In this document: piece by piece, positions 57,767 to 64,000 of the stretch
Layout: the number at the start of each line of letters is the position of its first letter
Position numbering within the stretch: the stretch's first letter is position 1
Assembly: GCA_964036045.1 (NCBI GenBank)
Contig: OZ038378.1
Location: 178,870,001 to 178,934,000, forward strand
Direction: 5' to 3'
DNA length: 64,000 nucleotides
Source of the DNA: Eutreptiella sp. 'Long Island Sound 2002'
Taxonomy: Eukaryota; Protista; Euglenida
The notes under the pieces: model-generated
What the model saw: only the letters and a program-made list of their open reading frames with translations
What the model was told of the DNA's origin: nothing
The model's database searches: none
Made by a program: the position numbers and the translations under genes

Positions 57767-59212
57767 AGTCCTCAGGGACATGGAGACATAGTGACATAGT
57801 GACATAGTGACATGGGGACATGCTCATTGTCCCTTTGGACATCTTGACCAAGTGAGCGCTTGGATGCATCCCGCATTCAAGGCTTGCTTGGGAGCCTCGC
57901 AGTGAGTTTCTCGTTATTGATGAATTATTTGTGCTCGTAGTGCAACTTGCAACGCAATAGTTGCGTAGTTGACTGCTCCACAATCTTTCTCACTAAATGC
58001 ACTGCCCAGTCTCAGATCTTTGCACCACATCAAAAATACATCCCCTCAAAGTGCCACGTGGGCACCATGTGCCCCCTCAAAAAGCTATGTGAGCAATGCC
58101 ATGTGAGCACCATGTGACCCCTCAAAGTGCCATGTCAGCACCATGTGCCCCCTGAAAAAGTGACGCCCCGAGAACAGCGGCGTGGCAGAACAACACTAGG
58201 CATTGTTTCTGCAACTATCAGAACCATCTCCCACTTTGCCTTTTATAAAGACACCCCCGTGTCACAACAACAGTAGGTGTTGTTTCCGTCAAGTTCACCG
58301 CCTTTACCGTTGTTCTTGCAAGGAAGGGGGCGGGGTATGTGAGCACCATGTGATCCCTCAAAAAGCTCATCGCTTCGGCGTCGGCACTCAAAACCATCAA
58401 GTGTTTGGTTCAATGGTTAGTTTTGTTGTAGCGGTCCTTTGAACACTTGCCGCTTCCAAATGTAAGTGTTTCTCATGGGACGCTTGTTTTAGTGTGTAGG
58501 TTATTCTATCTCAGGGTTTTCGCAGTTTTCATCAACTTTTTCCCGGCATTCTTGTTTCCAGGCCATGGATGCCTGAGCTCTGAGACACAAGATGGTGCTT
58601 GCGGCTCACATTTGTGACGTTGGTGGGGATCCATGGGAGAATTAATTAGCATAATCATATACTAGGCGGTTGATGTGTGGAAATTGGAACCAATTGTCAA
58701 GTCCCATTGGAAACGTTTGGTCCAAAATTTCCAAATGGCGGCACAACAAGCATGGACCCAAGATGGTGTATTTCTCGGAGGCCTTTGAATGCCGAGTACT
58801 ATTTTTTTTTTGAGGCTTTCATATGGTTGCTGTTATTTTGGCTTGATGCCATCTACCTTTAGCCCTCTATGGGGGGGGTGTTTGCCCGGCACGCGCCCGG
58901 CGCGCTACTTTTGTATTAACTATCCCAGTTTTAACCCCGGATTTACCCTCCCCCAGAGGAGCCCCCCAAGTCGACCAGAGTGGACCGCAACCTTCCCTAC
59001 AAAGCATGATGTATGAGTCGAAATAGCTCATTTCAACAACAATCTGTATCCATCATGTATTGGCTCATAAGCAAGTCGTTCCCCGCAAGTGTGGGCATCA
59101 ATGCATTCGTCACAATAATGCTCCTAGCACTCACCACAAACGGTGATGGTGGAGCGCTTTTGACAACACAACGCTCACATATCTGCCTCATTCTCTCCCT
59201 CATCTTGTGTGG

Positions 59213-59520
59213 CTACTGAGGTGCTTTATTCGTCCAAACATGAGGCGGGACATGGTCCCATGGCCCATAAGGAGGGTGACGGACCTGCCTCCAAATGCAA
59301 AATTGCGTGAAATGCAAGAAAACACTCACGGATTGGTGCAACTCATTAGGGCCACCACGCCAGATGTTCCTCACCAAACCCCAATGCCACAACTGTCCAA
59401 ACAAATGCTCAATGCGTGCCCTATTCCACCCATGCACATCATTGTACAATTGTTGCCGGGCCGTCAAAGTTCCATTCTTTCTTCCAATGAATGGCACAAT
59501 GACATGAATCCGGCCTTTAT
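59213..59520 (-). mobile_element. PIF/Harbinger (DDE_Tnp_4-like) transposase C-terminal fragment
   Basis: QQLYNDVHGWNRARIEHLFGQLWHW fits the N..h...R..IE..FG.L motif. Confidence 0.65.
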
Positions 59521-60124
59521 AAGCGCCAGGGGGAGTCTTTGCACTGCGCGCTACTTTTAGACTATGTTCTCCCCGAAGAGCCCCCAAGCACACCCCTTGG
59601 AAACGCCCTTAGAATTAAGTGACCCAAACTGCAAGTTGCAATTGATTTTATAATGAAAACTGGCATCAGTCTGGCCTCAAGGATGGTCCCAAGCACTTCA
59701 TGTGCACACTTTGACATGCAATGGAGTTGGTTAGGAATCTGGGGCAACTAGCTTGGGCCAGACACAGGATATGGCTTGGCCAGCATGGCCAAGCAACTGA
59801 ATTCAGAATCAGTTAAAAGGTAGGCCTACAATAAGTAGGTAAAACAATTGAGTATAGGGGTCCTGAGGTGGGAGACCACTAGGCTTAACCTACAAGGCCC
59901 AAGGCCCACCCCTGCATTCTCGGGGGTCCCCAACAAAGGGAACAAAATCAGAAGTCAAAGTCTACGCTAGGGGTCACCATGATGCCCCTAGGGGCCCCTA
60001 GTATCTCAAAGTATGGGTCTCTAGTACGGCCAGGCGCCCAAATAGTTGCACTGCGCGCGCACTGCGCTTGAGGCGCCCCCCCAAAATCAAAAAAATCACC
60101 ACAGTTACGAGTACCCGTACCCAT

Positions 60125-60965
60125 CCCAAATCAGAAAATCGGCAGATGTCCCCGGGGCCAATCAATATGGCTACATCTGCCTTCTCGGGGTCCCCATGGT
60201 GGGGACAGATCAATACGGCTACATCACCCCTGCCTTCTCGGGGTCCCTGTGGTGGGGATAGATCAATATGGCTACATTGCCCCTGCCTTCTCGGGTTTTT
60301 CATGGTGCACAGAAAAGAGGGATAGAACAATGGGTAAAAATGGTTGAAAACGGGTAAAAGTGGGTGACAATTCAAACAAGCCACATCTTAAATGCATAAG
60401 AAGCTAAAAAAAAATCCGGTATGGAACAAAAAAATTGTCGAAAGGGGCATTACCCATATCCCCAACTAGAAACGGGCCATGCAAAAAGCGTGGATTACGG
60501 CTCCGTATCAAAAAAGGCCCAAAAAGATGCCCGGCGCGCTACTGCTCCCCCTATAGGCCAAGCACATATCACAATGTTGTTCTTGACATGAAATTGCATC
60601 GGATGGGGGGGGGGGGCTGCACAAGAATTACTTAAACAACACAACCAAGTTTGGCACAGCTTTGTAGCTTTGTCTACCAACCCAATTATCGCCCTCTCTG
60701 GCCCAGGAATGGCTACATAACCCTTGTGTTCCCGGGGCCCCCCAACAAAGGGGACAAAATCAGAAGTGGCTACATAACCCCACCTTCTTGAGGGCCCAAA
60801 AATAGGCAGGATGGCTACATAACCCCTGCGTTCTCAAGGGTCCCAAAAAAAAAGGACAAAATCAGAATGGGTTACATAACCCCTGCCTTCTCCGGGGCCC
60901 AGAATTGGGCACAATTGCTATGTAACCCTTGTGTTATCGGGGGTCCCAAAAAAGGGGGACAAAAA
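60125..60965 (+). repeat. Clusters of the ~56-bp AAAATCAGAAGTGGCTACATAACCCCTGC.TTCTCGGGG family (also ~7940-8150, 22745-22870, 27330-27410, 41435-41700 inverted, 54280-54420, 59905-59960)
   Basis: Recurrent motif on both strands in short tandem clusters. Confidence 0.85.
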
Positions 60966-63900
60966 TGGCCCGCACCGTGATGGTGGAAAAACGTCCCGAG
61001 GGGCTGTCCTTGAGGGCAGTCCTTAACAAAAAAAAATCAATCTGGTTCCTTAAGGACCGCCCTGGAGGGAAAAAACCACCTTGGCTCACCTTTCACTACT
61101 TTTCAGCCCATTTGCACCTTTGGTGGCCCATTTTGGCCCAACGTGGCCCAAAATGACACAAAACTGACCCAAAACTGACAAATTTTTCTGAGTTTATAAG
61201 ATTTAATTGCCATTGATAGCGTTGAAGGCCTCATGTTGAGGAGCAATAATGATCATCATGTTTGCAAGCCCTTACATTCTCTACACCCATTGTGCGGTGT
61301 GACACCAATGCCACCCCTCACGCTTCCCTTTCTTATCCCGTGCCTACAGTACCTGGGGAACCAACCAGTTCTCAATACAAACCACGAACTTGTTTGGTTG
61401 TGTCACCAATAACCCCACCTCCCTATTGGCTGTGAGGTCTCCAGGCGTGGTTATCCCAGGGCCAACCAGATCGCTTCCCAATGGTAGTTCCCACCATGGC
61501 ACACTTTGCACTGTGCTCTTTTCACTCCTACCGGGCACCCCCCATTGCCCCAATGGGTGTGCCACGCAGGCCCTGCGTCCAGTGCTGTCCCTCTCCCTCC
61601 ATACTCTCATTTCAGACTCTCACTCAACACCTTCGCTCCATATCCCCACCCTTACACAAGGCACAAATTCATGCTGCAAGCATGTGCTTGACCATAGGTT
61701 CCAAGCTGAATGTGGGCACACACCCAGTCCACTGCAGTGTGTGCAGAACTCAATTGCAGTCCAACGCAGAGTGCCATTCTCTGAGCACGGGAAGATCTTT
61801 GTTGCATGCATGATCCATTCCCTCTTTCCAAATCACTGCAGCTTCCTTTCCACGTCATTTCAAGTTCTCCATTACGAAAACTGCGGTCAGAACAACCAAG
61901 GTCAAACAGGTTCACCATGCTTAGATAGTGGCGCTTGCTGAGGTGGTGCTTGCGCAAGGGGGGTATGCAGAGCTCACTTAAAGGGGAGTGGGTGGGTGGG
62001 TCCCTTACAGGGCCCTGGACAATCACCCGTTCTTCCCTTCGCAGAGTGTGTTGGGCCATTGTTGTCTGCTCTGCTGTGGAGGCGGTGCATGTTGCTTCGT
62101 TTGTTTGTGCTTGAGGCCCAGCACTTGGTTTGCCGTGGCTGTGGCTGGTGCTGCAGGGGTCGTCCTGCAGCAAGCAAGCAAGCAACAGCAGCAAGCAGCA
62201 GGCACATAGAAACTATTTGTGGGGACACTATGGCTCAAAATCAGCATCCAAGTAGCCAAAAACAATTGCAGAGCAAATGTGCATCATCTAAAATACGTAG
62301 CATATCATTTTGAGCCATACAGCCTGTTATATGGCCAATTTAGTGTCCAAAAATGGCTATTTTCAGCCGGTTTTTAGGGCAGTTGACCTGAAACTTCAGA
62401 ATGATGGCCAGTGTGTCAAGCAATTGTCTTCAATGAGGGCCGTTCTTCTTCCACGGTGATTGGACCATCACAGGGTTGTAAATGGGTGTTCAATGAGGCA
62501 TGTCTCACACTGTGGTGCCATGCCATGGTTCATTTCGAGGTGAAAATGATCCGTTTTCAACCAGGTTCAAGAGAACCATAAAAACCCAGCTCGGTCCTGG
62601 ACGTAAAACTTGATAGGCAGGCTCCTCCCTCAACATCACACCCGCAATGGTCAGAGGCAAATTGGATGGTATGATATACAGCTAGTGTCCAAATATGCCC
62701 CAATGAGTGGATGACATATGCCAGGGTGGACAAATATCTTTGGGCCATTTTTGGGTCCCAGACCCCCCCCCCCAACAAGACGCCCTGCAGCACAGGCCTC
62801 CCCATCACCCATACTGGGAGGAGCATGGCAGGAGGCCCATGCAGTTACACATCTGGTGGAGCCGGTAGAGCCCTACCCAACCACATCTGCTTGGTTGCAG
62901 CCTGGTGGAATCACACATCCCTGGGGGGGTGGCCTTGCTGAAATGCACAAAACGCACCTTCGCCAGCGCACTGATTCTTGGGAGGGATCGGTGCAGTGGG
63001 TGGCGGTTAAAAATGGACAACTATTGACCATAAAGGAAGTTGGTTTGCGGCCAACAGAGGTCAGTGGTCAATTGCAGTAGACATCCCCAAGGTCACCTGA
63101 CAAGAAAAGTTCCATTGTTCTTGTAGCTTGGGCGAGCCCTGGTCGATAAGCGTTACACGCTTACCTGGGGCCGTTAATCGATAATTGAGACTTGTTGTCC
63201 TTAGCGGGCTCTACCTCAGGATGCGTCATTGGGTAGTGCTCCCGCTCCAGCGAGGGACATTTCAGGGAATTCCAGGGCTCGGACACGCACGGGTCAAATG
63301 CGGGTGATCATGGCCTCAACCCGCCATCTAAACCATCGGAGGCAGGCCCTTTAACGATTGGTAAAATTTGCTTTTGACCTGTTTTTGACTTCCTGGTTTC
63401 CCATGGTAGCCCTACCCTCGCATGGGCCAATGGCGCTACCATTGCTAGGCCATTGCCCTGCATACATCATTCAATTTGGGCCTTTTTGTGGGGACTGTCG
63501 AAAACGGGTTCTCGTGGTCAAAGACACCCTTTTTTTGCGACCCAGATGGCCCCGCTGCATTTTTGGTATCAGTTATTTTTATCTGACTTGGGGCCCATTT
63601 TCAGTCCCACGGTGGGCCCTTTTCGAGGCATTTTGGGGATCGTACAAACAAACGGGCCTAATGTGGGCATCGTGGTCCGAAAAAAGTCTTCTAATCATCT
63701 GGGGGGTGGAGGGGAGATCACTCTGGGACCCACTTTTAACGCCCCTCTTGACCCCCAAAGCCCCCCATAAGGAGCGCGCCCGATGCGATTCTACAGCACA
63801 TGGACCAGACATCAGAGGGGGTTAGACATGCAAATGCAATGTTGAGGGCCTGCGCATGAGCGCTCACGTCTGCGGCACGCAGTGCACCGGCCCCCGTTGG

Positions 63901-64000
63901 GGTAGGGCATCGTGCACCGTGGAAGGCCTCACGCACCGGATGTACCACCACAAAAATGCACGGGGCAGTCAGTCACGCCCGCACCTCAACACAGCGCCGC

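Noticed and set aside
292-62775. Frequent G/C homopolymer runs of 10-19 nt (possible G-quadruplex signal)
   Set aside because: Ubiquitous and mostly tied to repeat ends, with lengths unreliable in assemblies; no specific pattern could be supported.
63736-64000. GC-rich end of window with possible donors (GAG|gtgcgg, GAC|gtgagc) on the minus strand
   Set aside because: Too little sequence to define an exon or product.

Overview
Repeat-rich eukaryotic nuclear DNA, most likely from a euglenid. This assignment is an inference from a degenerate euglenid-type spliced-leader sequence at 54870-54897 and from two introns with the geometry of euglenid non-conventional introns. All gene models were assembled by hand from splice sites and reading phase and have no transcript support. 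Four host genes, all on the minus strand, could be rebuilt: (1) a SAM-domain protein (exons 723-2372, probably extending to about 13.3 kb); (2) a six-exon EngB/YihA-family GTPase of about 673 aa with an organelle-type presequence (13862-32553), with three GT-AG introns and two candidate non-conventional introns; (3) an intronless F-box protein with a C-terminal GATase1/DUF4350-like domain (37621-38862); (4) a multi-exon EXD1/Egalitarian-like 3'-5' exonuclease-fold protein that appears catalytically dead (48430-52094). Introns and spacers hold a tRNA-derived SINE with a 15-bp target-site duplication (TSD), a 3.7-kb higher-order tandem array, a bounded hAT element, a Ulp1-protease-bearing insert, a 5'-truncated RNase H-encoding LINE with TSD and poly(A), further hAT, Harbinger and LINE relics, and several dispersed repeat families. 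The strongest novelty candidates are the spliced-leader-bearing processed retrocopy interrupted by the LINE, the non-conventional introns (one readable by either splicing mode), the pseudo-exonuclease and the F-box fusion. Most short ORFs in the supplied track are non-coding noise.
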